Assembly: GCA_046482545.1 (NCBI GenBank)
Contig: JAWOEX010000022.1
Coordinates: 32,001-96,000, forward strand
Source of the DNA: Candidatus Thorarchaeota archaeon
Lineage (GTDB): Archaea > Asgardarchaeota > Thorarchaeia > Thorarchaeales > Thorarchaeaceae
Length of the DNA stretch: 64,000 nucleotides
Direction of reading: 5' to 3'
The notes beneath the pieces were generated by a model. It ran no database searches and was not told the origin of the DNA. It saw only the letters and a program-made list of their open reading frames with translations. A program made the translations under genes and the position numbers. Numbering within the stretch: position 1 is the first letter of the stretch; every line of letters begins with the position of its first letter. Positions 37,498 to 47,140 of the stretch are shown piece by piece.

Positions 37498-40449
37498 TTG
37501 AGCATGCTCCATAGAAGGACGTTGACATTTGCACTACTGGTACTACTCTTTGCCAGCAGCATGGCAACAACCATGTCTTATCCCCACAACTGGGACAATT
37601 CCGCATTTGATAGTGAACCTATAGATTCTTCCTCGGTTGCGGATTCACCCCGGAACATCTCAATTCCGTATGTTGATGCCCACTATGGGTATGCAGATGG
37701 GATCATAGATCCAACAGAGTATAGCCAAAACTACACAGATCCTGCAACTGGAATCACAGTACATCTTGAGCATAATTCATCAGTTCTATATGTTGGTTTA
37801 TCTGCTCCAACAACAGGCTGGCTGGCTATCGCATGGAAAAACCAATCCTCCACATTCAGTACCGATGGTCTCAATGGCAGTGATTTGATTTATGGAGCTG
37901 CCACGGGAACTCCCCTATCTGGATATCCTCGTGTCACGCCTGATGATCCGGTCACCGTGAACTACGAACTCTATAGTCGAAACGGGAGTTTTATTGAAGA
38001 AGGCAAGGTGCCAGGGGAAAATTCGACAACCCCAATTGAGGATGAAAAGTTGCTGGAGGCCTACAAGGAGCAGATTATTGGAATGCGTATTGGTGAAGTA
38101 CGTCATTTCGTGATTCCTGCTGAAGAAGCCTACAACGATCCAAGTCACCCCATGTATGGTGAGGACTTGGAGTACATCATTACCCTAGAATCTATCGGGA
38201 CTAATTCCTATAACCCCGCAAGCGAGAGTTCCATTGCCTATAGCGATGAATATGGAATCAGTACCTTTCAGCATCTCCCTGATGCTAACCAAAGCAGGAT
38301 ATTGTCAGCAGATGCTAGTCTAGTTGGCGGAACGACGCAGGTTGAATACTTCATTCAGATGAACAGCACCGATCCTTATGACATCCCTCTCTATAACACG
38401 ACAGATGCAAGATTTCCTTTTGTTCTTCTTCGTGGTTCGAATGATGATTTCGATACACTTCCGGTTCAACATACAGAATGGACAAAGCCATTCAATATGC
38501 AGATTACATCAAATACACCTCCGGTTCTGGAGATAGTCAACCCCACACCTAATGCAGTACTTGGCTTGGTGACAACTCTGAAGCTTAACGCAACCGATGA
38601 TGGGTTCGTAAGGCGTTGCTTCTACAGAGTTGATGACGGAGAATGGACAGAGTTCTACCATAATTTCAAGTCGGATCTCTGGGAATCTCAATCCGATTTA
38701 TCGGACTATGATAATGGCACGCATACTATCTGGTTCAATGCCACTGACGCCTCCAATGTAAGCAGTGTAGCATCTGTGGATGTAATCTTCTACTGGCCGC
38801 AGATACCTCTTCTTGGTATGCGGTTAAGCGTGAGACGGAGTTTTACCACCCGCGAACATCATTTGACAGAGATAGAAGACACCTATACTGTCAAGAACAA
38901 TGGCTCGGCTCCCATCAGCTCGATAGAAGTTTTCTTACCAGCGACATGGGAGAGTTATTTCCTTTCAATTTCAGCATCAGACGCAAGCAAGCGCGAGATT
39001 GAAGTAATTAGATTGCCTAATAGGGCTGACCTCATGCATTGGCGTTTGCATTTCTTTGAGCCTGTTTCTGTTGATGAGTCGTATAACTTCACATCTGTGA
39101 TGCACTTCCATTCCCTTCACACACTTCTGTCCGAGGAGGGGGACATCTATGAAATCAGTTTCTTGAGATATCCAGTTGTCCCCTATGTTCTGAGAAGAGC
39201 GAGTTTAAGTGTGGAATTTAGAAGCGGCGACTCTCTAGACAGTGAGAATGTTGACGGTGCCAGTAATAACTTGGAACCAATGACTTCTGACATGTTCACT
39301 ATTAATATTACATCTCATACACCGTATCTTACAGCCGAAAGGAGAACCAGTGTAAAACTAAATTCTTGGGGGTGGTTGGTCTACTCTGAAGAAATCACCT
39401 TGCACAATATTGGAACCACGAGTGAAAACAAGGTAAGTTTCGAAGTCCCTGCCTATGCAGAAGGTATTCAGATTCACGATAAAGTTGGGATACTTGCAAA
39501 ATCCCAGAGAACCACAGACCACAAATTTAACGAGTCTGTTGAGTTTACAATCGATTTACAGGGTGATCGTTTCGGGGACGAGAAATTCAAATCCGGCTGG
39601 GACTATTCTTTCCAAATCAATTACTTCGTTCAACTAGCAAGTTATGTAAGTCCTACTGCTGGTGGAAGCCAGCTCGAACTTCCAATGGGAACTTTGACCA
39701 ATATTCTTGTGTCTAAGCATACGGTAGACCTCGTTCTCTCAAATTCGGTTTCGGTAGTTGAAGCGTCAGGGAACTACAGATTCCTTTATGGCCCCTTTGA
39801 TACAACCCTTCGCTATCGAATTTTCAACACAACACAGTATAATCCGCCTGAAGTAGGATTGGTCTATAACTTAGGTGTCGGGATAATATCAAGGCCTCTG
39901 GTTTTCGCTCTTATCATCGGTTTAATCGCAACAATCTATGTCTCATACCGCAAAATAAGACCCAAAGGTGCTGCACCCATTGTTGGCAAGTCAACCGAAG
40001 AAGTTCGCAGACAAATTGGAGCTCCACCTGAACTCCTTAGAAAGTTCGCAGATATGTATTCAAGAAAGACAGCTCTTGAAATGGATCTTGAGAAGCTCCA
40101 AGCTTCCAGAAGAAGAGGGAAAGTATCTAAGAAGGAATATATGATTCGGGAAAAGAATATCAAGTCTAAGCTTGAGGAAATAGATAATGAGCTACCCTCG
40201 GTTAAGGATGAGCTCATTTCTCATGGCTCAAAGTATCGTGATATGATTGCACAATTGGAGCTTCAGAATGAGAAGGTCGAAGGAGCCAAGGCTGGATTGC
40301 GGCAACTCCTTCTGAGGAAGAAAAAGCAGCGTATCAGCAGAGCTGCGTTCGAGAAGTCTCGGCAGGATTACTTGAAAACCATAAAAGAAGCAACGGGAGC
40401 CATCGACAGAATTCTCCTATCAATCGAAGAAGAAGCAGGAGAACTGTAA
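37498..40449 (+). CDS. exported membrane-anchored multidomain protein: DOMON-like + FKBP-like + Ig-like + ribophorin-I-like, TM helix, coiled-coil tail
   Basis: Signal peptide; GWLAIAW..GSDLIYG (DOMON); IGMRIGE.R..IPAEEAY (FKBP); NGTHTIWFNATD (Ig); ..R...SWG....E...L.N.G (ribophorin I); TM at about aa 800-820; charged cytosolic tail. Confidence 0.75.
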   Translation: MSMLHRRTLTFALLVLLFASSMATTMSYPHNWDNSAFDSEPIDSSSVADSPRNISIPYVDAHYGYADGIIDPTEYSQNYTDPATGITVHLEHNSSVLYVGLSAPTTGWLAIAWKNQSSTFSTDGLNGSDLIYGAATGTPLSGYPRVTPDDPVTVNYELYSRNGSFIEEGKVPGENSTTPIEDEKLLEAYKEQIIGMRIGEVRHFVIPAEEAYNDPSHPMYGEDLEYIITLESIGTNSYNPASESSIAYSDEYGISTFQHLPDANQSRILSADASLVGGTTQVEYFIQMNSTDPYDIPLYNTTDARFPFVLLRGSNDDFDTLPVQHTEWTKPFNMQITSNTPPVLEIVNPTPNAVLGLVTTLKLNATDDGFVRRCFYRVDDGEWTEFYHNFKSDLWESQSDLSDYDNGTHTIWFNATDASNVSSVASVDVIFYWPQIPLLGMRLSVRRSFTTREHHLTEIEDTYTVKNNGSAPISSIEVFLPATWESYFLSISASDASKREIEVIRLPNRADLMHWRLHFFEPVSVDESYNFTSVMHFHSLHTLLSEEGDIYEISFLRYPVVPYVLRRASLSVEFRSGDSLDSENVDGASNNLEPMTSDMFTINITSHTPYLTAERRTSVKLNSWGWLVYSEEITLHNIGTTSENKVSFEVPAYAEGIQIHDKVGILAKSQRTTDHKFNESVEFTIDLQGDRFGDEKFKSGWDYSFQINYFVQLASYVSPTAGGSQLELPMGTLTNILVSKHTVDLVLSNSVSVVEASGNYRFLYGPFDTTLRYRIFNTTQYNPPEVGLVYNLGVGIISRPLVFALIIGLIATIYVSYRKIRPKGAAPIVGKSTEEVRRQIGAPPELLRKFADMYSRKTALEMDLEKLQASRRRGKVSKKEYMIREKNIKSKLEEIDNELPSVKDELISHGSKYRDMIAQLELQNEKVEGAKAGLRQLLLRKKKQRISRAAFEKSRQDYLKTIKEATGAIDRILLSIEEEAGEL

Positions 40450-40604
40450 CTATAGGAAACAGGCCCTGCGATAGAGATATAATCACGATGGATGTTGGTA
40501 AAGCCTCTACCTAGTTGATAGTATTTACACCAAATAAACTACATTGTGAAATGTTTAATTGGTACGCTATTGTGGGTTGATGCCCCTCCTTCAGGTGGCC
40601 ATCG

Positions 40605-41459
40605 ATGAACAATGAAACATTGCTAGATCGTGATGCTATTTCAGCGGGTGACCTTGTGTCTTCGGGCACAAAGGCCTATGAGATGTATAATTATCTACAG
40701 ACCTCGCCCAAAATACAATCTTATCTACGTGCCGCCAATCGAATGGCGGTATCCCGTTTAGGATACACCGACCATGGACCAGTACATGCAGAAGTAGCAA
40801 CATGGAACGCTCTTCGCGCCTTTGATATTCTTGACGATACTTTCAAGCCAAACATTGTTGCTGAGGATTTGGGCAATACAGACGATGCACGAATGATTGT
40901 TCTTGCATCCACTTATCTACATGATATTGGTATGGTTGTCCACCGCCAAGAACATGCGATTTCCGCCATGCAGATTGCTAGCCCTATTTTGGAATCCAAG
41001 TTGGATGAGATGTATGGTAATCCTGCTAAGGCTGCCGATATTCTCAGTTTCATTCTGCACGGGATATATGCACATGATGATGACACTCAATGTCTCACTC
41101 TCGAGGCTGGTGTCACGAAAATTGGTGATGGCTGCGATATGACCAAGGGCAGAACCATAGTCCCTTTCCAGAAGGGAAAAGTGGATATACACAGTGTCAG
41201 TGCACTTGCCATCACTGATGTTCTTCTTGACCGGGGAGAGGATAGGCCTTTACTGATTACGGTTCATATGGACAATCCCGCAGGGGTATTTCAAGTCCAA
41301 ACTATTCTTGAGAAGAAATTAGGTACATCTGGCCTGCAGAACCAAGTTTCAATCGACGTAGTAGTGAATGGAGACCGATTGGTTCTCACAGAAGTGAAAC
41401 GCCTTTTCAAAGTACAGATGAAAGAACCTACGGATCTAAGTGTCCATCAAAAAGATTAA
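40605..41459 (+). CDS. HD-domain metal-dependent phosphohydrolase
   Basis: RLGYTDHGPVH, LHDIG, AHD, GDGCDM.KGR, DIHSVSA. Confidence 0.9.
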   Translation: MNNETLLDRDAISAGDLVSSGTKAYEMYNYLQTSPKIQSYLRAANRMAVSRLGYTDHGPVHAEVATWNALRAFDILDDTFKPNIVAEDLGNTDDARMIVLASTYLHDIGMVVHRQEHAISAMQIASPILESKLDEMYGNPAKAADILSFILHGIYAHDDDTQCLTLEAGVTKIGDGCDMTKGRTIVPFQKGKVDIHSVSALAITDVLLDRGEDRPLLITVHMDNPAGVFQVQTILEKKLGTSGLQNQVSIDVVVNGDRLVLTEVKRLFKVQMKEPTDLSVHQKD

Positions 41460-41461
41460 GG

Positions 41462-41537
41462 TGGTAGCCCCGCCAGGATTCGAACCTCGGTCTGCGGGAC
41501 CAAAACCCGCAATGCTGGACCACTACACCACGGGGCT
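41462..41537 (-). tRNA. tRNA-Gln (TTG)
   Basis: Cloverleaf AGCCCCG...GCGGG-TT-TTG-GT-CCCGC...GGTTCGAATCC...CGGGGCT-A-CCA. A1-U72 pair, encoded CCA, one G.G mismatch in the T stem. Confidence 0.95.
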
Positions 41538-41661
41538 GTGATTAACGGCTTTCCCAAGTGGTGGTTTGGGTATGGTTATCCACCATGCTGTGAGTGCAGG
41601 AGTATTGACAATATTACTGTTTCTGAATGGCAGGCTTTCAATTCCCTATTTCATAGCACTG

Positions 41662-41982
41662 TTACTCATCCATCTCTAGTCCGAATGGGATGCCATCCGC
41701 CAAGATTCTAGTAGGGATATCCTCCTTCCATTTCTCAAGAAATGTAGTTTCTTCTTTCTTCTGTTTCTTTTCTTTTCGAAGATTATCGGGAAGCATACAG
41801 GGTATGCCATCGATAACTGGATACCAGCGTTCGCAATTAGGACACGTGATAAGCGCGGCATCGATTTCCTCAACCATCCCATCATCCGTTTGGTGGGTGT
41901 GTGATTCGAAAACTTCAAGATTAAGACTGCTTCTGCAATCTTCAATGGGACAGACTAGGATTTCCATAAGCCAGCGCTTCAC
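41662..41982 (-). CDS. Trm112-like methyltransferase activator
   Basis: L.EILVCP..C...L, ITCPNC.RWYPVIDGIP.ML. Confidence 0.9.
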   Translation of the reverse strand: MKRWLMEILVCPIEDCRSSLNLEVFESHTHQTDDGMVEEIDAALITCPNCERWYPVIDGIPCMLPDNLRKEKKQKKEETTFLEKWKEDIPTRILADGIPFGLEMDE

Positions 41983-42128
41983 ACATCTTCTCTCCTGTAC
42001 GAAGCTTTCACGGTATTACAATTTAAGAATGCTCCTCACCAATAACAGAACAACCTCGTTGAATGGGAAAGCCTATTTGTTGGAATCAACGTGGCGGATT
42101 AGGGATGAACCTCTCTGGAGGAAGTTGA

Positions 42129-43526
42129 ATGAAACATAAGCATCCGTATCTTCCCATAACGGCTGAAAACCAGAAAGAGATGCTCGAGTCTATTGCCGAG
42201 AAAAACATTGAGGGTCTTTTTAGTGATATACCCAAGGAATTCCGTCTTCAAGACAAGCTAGACTTGCCTGATTCACATACTGAAGAAGAAGTAAGCCGGC
42301 GATTGAAGGAACTTGCTTCTAAGAATATACAAGCGGAACCTAGAAGCAATTTTTTGGGCGGCGGTGTATACATGCATTACATTCCGGCAGCTGTTCCCGC
42401 CCTAGCAAAGCGCTCCGAGTTTGTCACTTCATACACAAGCTACCAATCGGAAATAAGCCAAGGCATGTTGCAAACGCTTTTTGAGTATCAGAGTATGCTC
42501 GCAGAGATTTTGCAGATTGATGTTGTAAACAGCAGTATGTACGATATGGCCAGCGCCTTGGGGGAGGCTGCAAGGATGACATCTCGGATAAAGAAGAAAC
42601 GAGAGCGTTTTCTGGTTCCTCAATACATGAATCCTAATCACCTGAGGGTTCTTGAGACGTACGTTGAATCTACGGACATTGAAGTAGAAAAAATCCAACA
42701 AGATCCCGAGAGTGGTCTCTCAATCCTTGATGATCTGAAATCCAGAATTGATGATGATGTAGCTGGAGTGTACATAGAGATTCCATCGTATTTCGGAGTT
42801 ATTGAGAATCAAGTAGACGAAATGAGCAACATAGTCCATGAAGCAGGCTCTTTGCTGGTTGCCGGAGTAGACATTCTATCAATGGGCCTCATTCGTCCTC
42901 CTGGAGATTATGATGCCGACATCGTTATTGCAGAAGGCCAACCCTTGGGATCGCCTGCTTCATATGGCGGTCCATTGTTGGGCATTTTTGGCTGTAAAGG
43001 GAAAAGGGGGATAATACGCCAGATGCCTGGCCGCCTAGTTGGCCTAACTCGAACAAAGGAACAGCCCTATGAACGAGGGTATGTACTCACACTAGTACCG
43101 AGGGAACAACACATCCGTCGAGAAAAAGCAACAAGCAATATATGTTCTAATCAGGCTCTCATGGCTGTGACTGCAGCAGTCTATCTTTCTCTTCTTACGT
43201 CCTCCGGTCTAGAACAAATGAGCGAGACTATTGCATACAATTCAAAGTACGCAGCTGAGAGACTGAATGAACTGGATGGGGTACTCGCTCCGGCTATTGG
43301 TTCTTCAATCTGGAAGGAATTTGTTGTACAATTTGAAGGAGTTACAGCCCAAGGGGTACATCAAGCGTTATTGAGGAAGGGTATTCACGGAGGGAGACAG
43401 CTTGCAGAGACTTTTCCAGAGCTAGGTGAAAACCTCTTGGTCTGCGTTACGGAACTCCATACAAAAGACGACATAGACGAGCTGGTAAGAACAGTTGAAG
43501 CGTATGTTGCAGAGGAGGCTGAGTAA
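42129..43526 (+). CDS. gcvPA: glycine cleavage system P protein subunit A
   Basis: FLGGG.Y.H, TSYT.YQ.EISQG.LQ, REQHIRREKATSNICSNQ. Confidence 0.97.
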   Translation: MKHKHPYLPITAENQKEMLESIAEKNIEGLFSDIPKEFRLQDKLDLPDSHTEEEVSRRLKELASKNIQAEPRSNFLGGGVYMHYIPAAVPALAKRSEFVTSYTSYQSEISQGMLQTLFEYQSMLAEILQIDVVNSSMYDMASALGEAARMTSRIKKKRERFLVPQYMNPNHLRVLETYVESTDIEVEKIQQDPESGLSILDDLKSRIDDDVAGVYIEIPSYFGVIENQVDEMSNIVHEAGSLLVAGVDILSMGLIRPPGDYDADIVIAEGQPLGSPASYGGPLLGIFGCKGKRGIIRQMPGRLVGLTRTKEQPYERGYVLTLVPREQHIRREKATSNICSNQALMAVTAAVYLSLLTSSGLEQMSETIAYNSKYAAERLNELDGVLAPAIGSSIWKEFVVQFEGVTAQGVHQALLRKGIHGGRQLAETFPELGENLLVCVTELHTKDDIDELVRTVEAYVAEEAE

Positions 43527-43528
43527 AA

Positions 43529-45091
43529 TTGACGGGTGACGAGAACCGCTACAGGCAAGCGAAATGGGATGTTCCACTTCTTTTCGAGCGATCCAATACC
43601 GGGCAAGTTGCCCATTGGTTCCCCGCTCCAGAAGACGAGATAGTTGAGATGATTGGTTCAGTTGATGGTCTTATTCCTAAGAACATGCGAAGAGATGAGA
43701 AACCGGAATTGCCTGAGATTTCGGAGCCCCAGATAGTGAGGCACTTCACCCGGTTATCACAGATGAATTACTCAGTAACTCAGGGCACATATCCCTTAGG
43801 CAGCTGTACTATGAAGTACAATCCCGTTGTGAATGATCAATGCGCCTCGCTAGATGGATTTACCGATATTCATCCGCTTCAAAATCTTTCTACAACCCAA
43901 GGTGCTTTGGAATTAATGTGGGAGCTCGAAAACTGGTTGGGTGAGCTCTCTGGCATGGACGCCGTCACACTACAGCCTGCTGCTGGAGCTCAAGGTGAGT
44001 TGACCGGCGTCCTGCTCATTCGAGAGTACCATCGTTGCGTAACCGAAGAGTGTGAACAGCGGTCTGAAATCCTTATCCCTGATTCTGCCCATGGAACAAA
44101 TCCAGCTTCGGCTGCCATGGGCGGGTTTGAAGTAGTGGTACTGCCCTCAAGTGATGAAGGACTTGTAGATACAGATGCATTGCAGGATGCTGTTGGCCCC
44201 AAAACAGCGGGCTTGATGCTAACCAATCCCAATACAATAGGCATCTTTGAAAAGGACATCGAAGAAATTGCAGGCACTGTTCATGATGAAGGGGGATTGC
44301 TGTATTATGACGGTGCTAACCTGAACGCAATCATGGGAATGACCAGACCTGGCGATATGGGATTTGATATTGTCCATATGAACCTCCACAAGACCATGTC
44401 TACTCCTCATGGTGGGGGTGGACCGGGTGCAGGACCGGTTGGAGTAAAGGATAAGCTTGCAGAATTCTTGCCTGTTCCGCGTATCGTGAAAAAGTCAAAT
44501 GATAGCTTTACTCTGGATTACGATTACCCTTCATCAATTGGTAAGGTTCACGGATTCTTTGGGAATTTCGGAGTGCTCGTACGATCATATGCATATATCT
44601 ACGCCCTTGGAGCTGATGGTTTAAGGGAAGTATCCAAACTTGCTGTTCTAAATGCTAACTACTGTGCTAGGCATATTGAACAGATTAAGGGTTTTAAGCT
44701 ACCGTACTCACAGAAAGCCCCTCGAAAACACGAATGTGTCATCTCTGCCCAACAAATGAAGGACGATACTGGCGTCACAGCTATGGATATTGCAAAGCGT
44801 CTTCTCGATTTTGGTATTCATGCCCCTACTGTGTATTTTCCTCAGATTGTTGACGAAGCTCTTATGATTGAGCCGACTGAAACCGAATCGAAAGAAGACC
44901 TTGACTCATTCATAGCCGCGATGGAGACTATTTCACGAGAAGCGTATGAGACTCCTGAAAAAGTTAAGAATGCTCCGCACTCAACCGCGTTCAGAAGACT
45001 CGATGAATACAGAGCTGCTCATCCAAGAACCCTCACATTATCTTGGAGGATGTACAAGGAACGCATCTCCGAGGAAAATGACGCAAACTGA
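43529..45091 (+). CDS. gcvPB: glycine cleavage system P protein subunit B
   Basis: YPLGSCTMKYNP, SAHGTNPASA, NLHKT.STPHGGGGPG (PLP Lys), MIEPTETE. Confidence 0.97.
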   Translation: MTGDENRYRQAKWDVPLLFERSNTGQVAHWFPAPEDEIVEMIGSVDGLIPKNMRRDEKPELPEISEPQIVRHFTRLSQMNYSVTQGTYPLGSCTMKYNPVVNDQCASLDGFTDIHPLQNLSTTQGALELMWELENWLGELSGMDAVTLQPAAGAQGELTGVLLIREYHRCVTEECEQRSEILIPDSAHGTNPASAAMGGFEVVVLPSSDEGLVDTDALQDAVGPKTAGLMLTNPNTIGIFEKDIEEIAGTVHDEGGLLYYDGANLNAIMGMTRPGDMGFDIVHMNLHKTMSTPHGGGGPGAGPVGVKDKLAEFLPVPRIVKKSNDSFTLDYDYPSSIGKVHGFFGNFGVLVRSYAYIYALGADGLREVSKLAVLNANYCARHIEQIKGFKLPYSQKAPRKHECVISAQQMKDDTGVTAMDIAKRLLDFGIHAPTVYFPQIVDEALMIEPTETESKEDLDSFIAAMETISREAYETPEKVKNAPHSTAFRRLDEYRAAHPRTLTLSWRMYKERISEENDAN

Positions 45092-45136
45092 ATGCTTTAT
45101 CTGCCCTTTCAGCAATACAATCTTAGGATGAGATGA

Positions 45137-45523
45137 ATGCAAATGTCTGAACTTAATCTCAGAAAAGAGGCCGGACGCCATACACTCTTTCTCGATTGCA
45201 GGAAAATAGGAGCAGACTATCTGACTACTATATATGGTGGAAACCAACATCATATTGGGGGGATAGCTGTGGCATACCAAACCCAAAGCCACTATCATGA
45301 GACCTCAACAACGAGCGTCAATACTTTGGCTCTCCCCGGCCACAAGGACTACATTGTTGCAAATTCTGCAGCTGAGAGAATTACCGAATCTTTGCGTGCA
45401 CCAGTCATTGTAACAGCTGGCATCCATTATGACAATGCAACAAAGGCTGAAATCAACCAGATTATCCATGTGGTTGATAATCTGGTGGAAGAAATGATTC
45501 GACACTATCAAAAGGCTGAATAA
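45137..45523 (+). CDS. LpdD-like / PAC4-fold small protein
   Basis: G.D....I.GG..HIG.IA, PGHKD and V.AGIH.D.AT..EI pattern. Confidence 0.65.
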   Translation: MQMSELNLRKEAGRHTLFLDCRKIGADYLTTIYGGNQHHIGGIAVAYQTQSHYHETSTTSVNTLALPGHKDYIVANSAAERITESLRAPVIVTAGIHYDNATKAEINQIIHVVDNLVEEMIRHYQKAE

Positions 45524-45551
45524 CTCATCACGCCAAGCTCTCTCTGATTAT

Positions 45552-45854
45552 ATGCAGGTTCGATTCAAGCCCCTCGGGACCCTCAGAAGAAAAATGGGAA
45601 AGAGTGAAGTTATTCTAAAATTGGATGAAGGAGCAACCGTTGGAGATGCTTTAGACAAAGTTCTAGAAGAAAGCGACGCGGAAGTACGGAATCTAGTGAA
45701 AAATGAGGGAAAAATCAGAGGCAATCTTATTCTGATGCTCAACAAGACAAGCATGAGCAGCATTCAGGGGGAGAGTACAAAGCTCAGCGACGGAGATGAA
45801 ATCGTACTGCTACCTCACATTCAAGGGGGCGGAGGTGATTACAGCTGGATGTAA
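45552..45854 (+). CDS. MoaD/ThiS/SAMP ubiquitin-like protein with C-terminal extension
   Basis: Beta-grasp pattern ...TVGD.L...LN......L.DGDEI.LLP.IQGG followed by GGDYSWM. Confidence 0.85.
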   Translation: MQVRFKPLGTLRRKMGKSEVILKLDEGATVGDALDKVLEESDAEVRNLVKNEGKIRGNLILMLNKTSMSSIQGESTKLSDGDEIVLLPHIQGGGGDYSWM

Positions 45855-47140
45855 GCTACTACATCGAGACTTACGGCTGCTCACTCAATGACGCTGATTC
45901 GGATATCATGGCCGGTGTGATTAACAGGGAAGGTGCAGAACAAGTCTTCAATCAAGAAGATGCTGAAGTGATAATCGTCAACACATGTGGAGTTAAGGAA
46001 CCAACAGAGGATCGCATTATTCATCGGCTGAAAGAGCTTTCTCACATAGGCAAACCTGTAATTGTGGCGGGTTGTCTTCCTAAAATCTCACTAGACAGAA
46101 TCAAGCGAGCCATTCCAAATTTTGCAGCAATTCATACTCCACAATCCATCTATTCCATTCCTGCCTCCTTGCGAGCAATTATGGCTGGTGAAAGTGCTAT
46201 CATCAGGATGAGTGAACCTGGGGGCGGCCCCAAGATAGACTCATTGAGACCTCCCCCTCACTCCGTTATCTGCACTATCCCCATTTGTGAAGGTTGCCTC
46301 GGTAACTGTGCATATTGTGCGGTCAGATTTGCCAGAGGCGGAGTTCGTAGCTACAGTATCGACAGAATCATGGAACTGGCAAAACAGTGTATTAAGAGCG
46401 GCTATAGCGAGATTCGGCTAACCTCTCAAGACTCGGGCGTTTACGGACATGACCGAGGAACAAATCTTCTTCGTCTATTGCAGAAGCTCGATACCTTAAG
46501 TGGACATCACCGTTTCCGAGTAGGGATGTTCAACCCAAATTTGGTCTCGCCCTTCTTGGATGACATGGTGAGAGTGATGGCTTCAAATCATTACTTCAAC
46601 TTCTTTCATATTCCCCTCCAATCGGGCAGTAACGATGTACTATCAAAAATGAACCGTCATTATACTGTCGAGGAGTGGGGGAATGCTGTAGAATGTATTC
46701 GCAAGACGATTCCACAGGCAACCATTGCTACTGATGTAATTGCTGGATTTCCTGGTGAAACAGAGAGTGATTTTCATCAGACATTGGCTACCCTCAAGGA
46801 ATACACACCTACTCTAGTTAATATCTCGAAATATGGAGATCGTCCCAATACCGAGGCATCAAAATCCACACACAAAGTAGATACTCAGGTAAAAAAACAG
46901 AGAAGCAGAAAGCTAACGAATCTTGTAATAAAGCTGAACTCCGCTAGTAATCGAAGATGGGTAGATTGGATTGGTCCAGTTCTTGTAACCCAACATGGGT
47001 CAAAAGGTGGTCTGATGGCTCGTAACCCCTCCTATGTACCCGTTATTATACATAATGAGAGTATATCCATAGGCCAAACGGTGAAGGTGAAGATTACCGA
47101 AGCTCACAGGACATACCTTTCGGGAACGGTCGTCACCTAG
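45845..47140 (+). CDS. tRNA methylthiotransferase, MiaB-like archaeal/CDKAL1 type
   Basis: The N-terminal YIETYGCSLN lies upstream of the ORF-track start and needs a CTG start at 45845. NTCGVK, GCL, EGCLGNCAYC and a TRAM domain follow. Confidence 0.9.
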   Translation: MDVSYYIETYGCSLNDADSDIMAGVINREGAEQVFNQEDAEVIIVNTCGVKEPTEDRIIHRLKELSHIGKPVIVAGCLPKISLDRIKRAIPNFAAIHTPQSIYSIPASLRAIMAGESAIIRMSEPGGGPKIDSLRPPPHSVICTIPICEGCLGNCAYCAVRFARGGVRSYSIDRIMELAKQCIKSGYSEIRLTSQDSGVYGHDRGTNLLRLLQKLDTLSGHHRFRVGMFNPNLVSPFLDDMVRVMASNHYFNFFHIPLQSGSNDVLSKMNRHYTVEEWGNAVECIRKTIPQATIATDVIAGFPGETESDFHQTLATLKEYTPTLVNISKYGDRPNTEASKSTHKVDTQVKKQRSRKLTNLVIKLNSASNRRWVDWIGPVLVTQHGSKGGLMARNPSYVPVIIHNESISIGQTVKVKITEAHRTYLSGTVVT

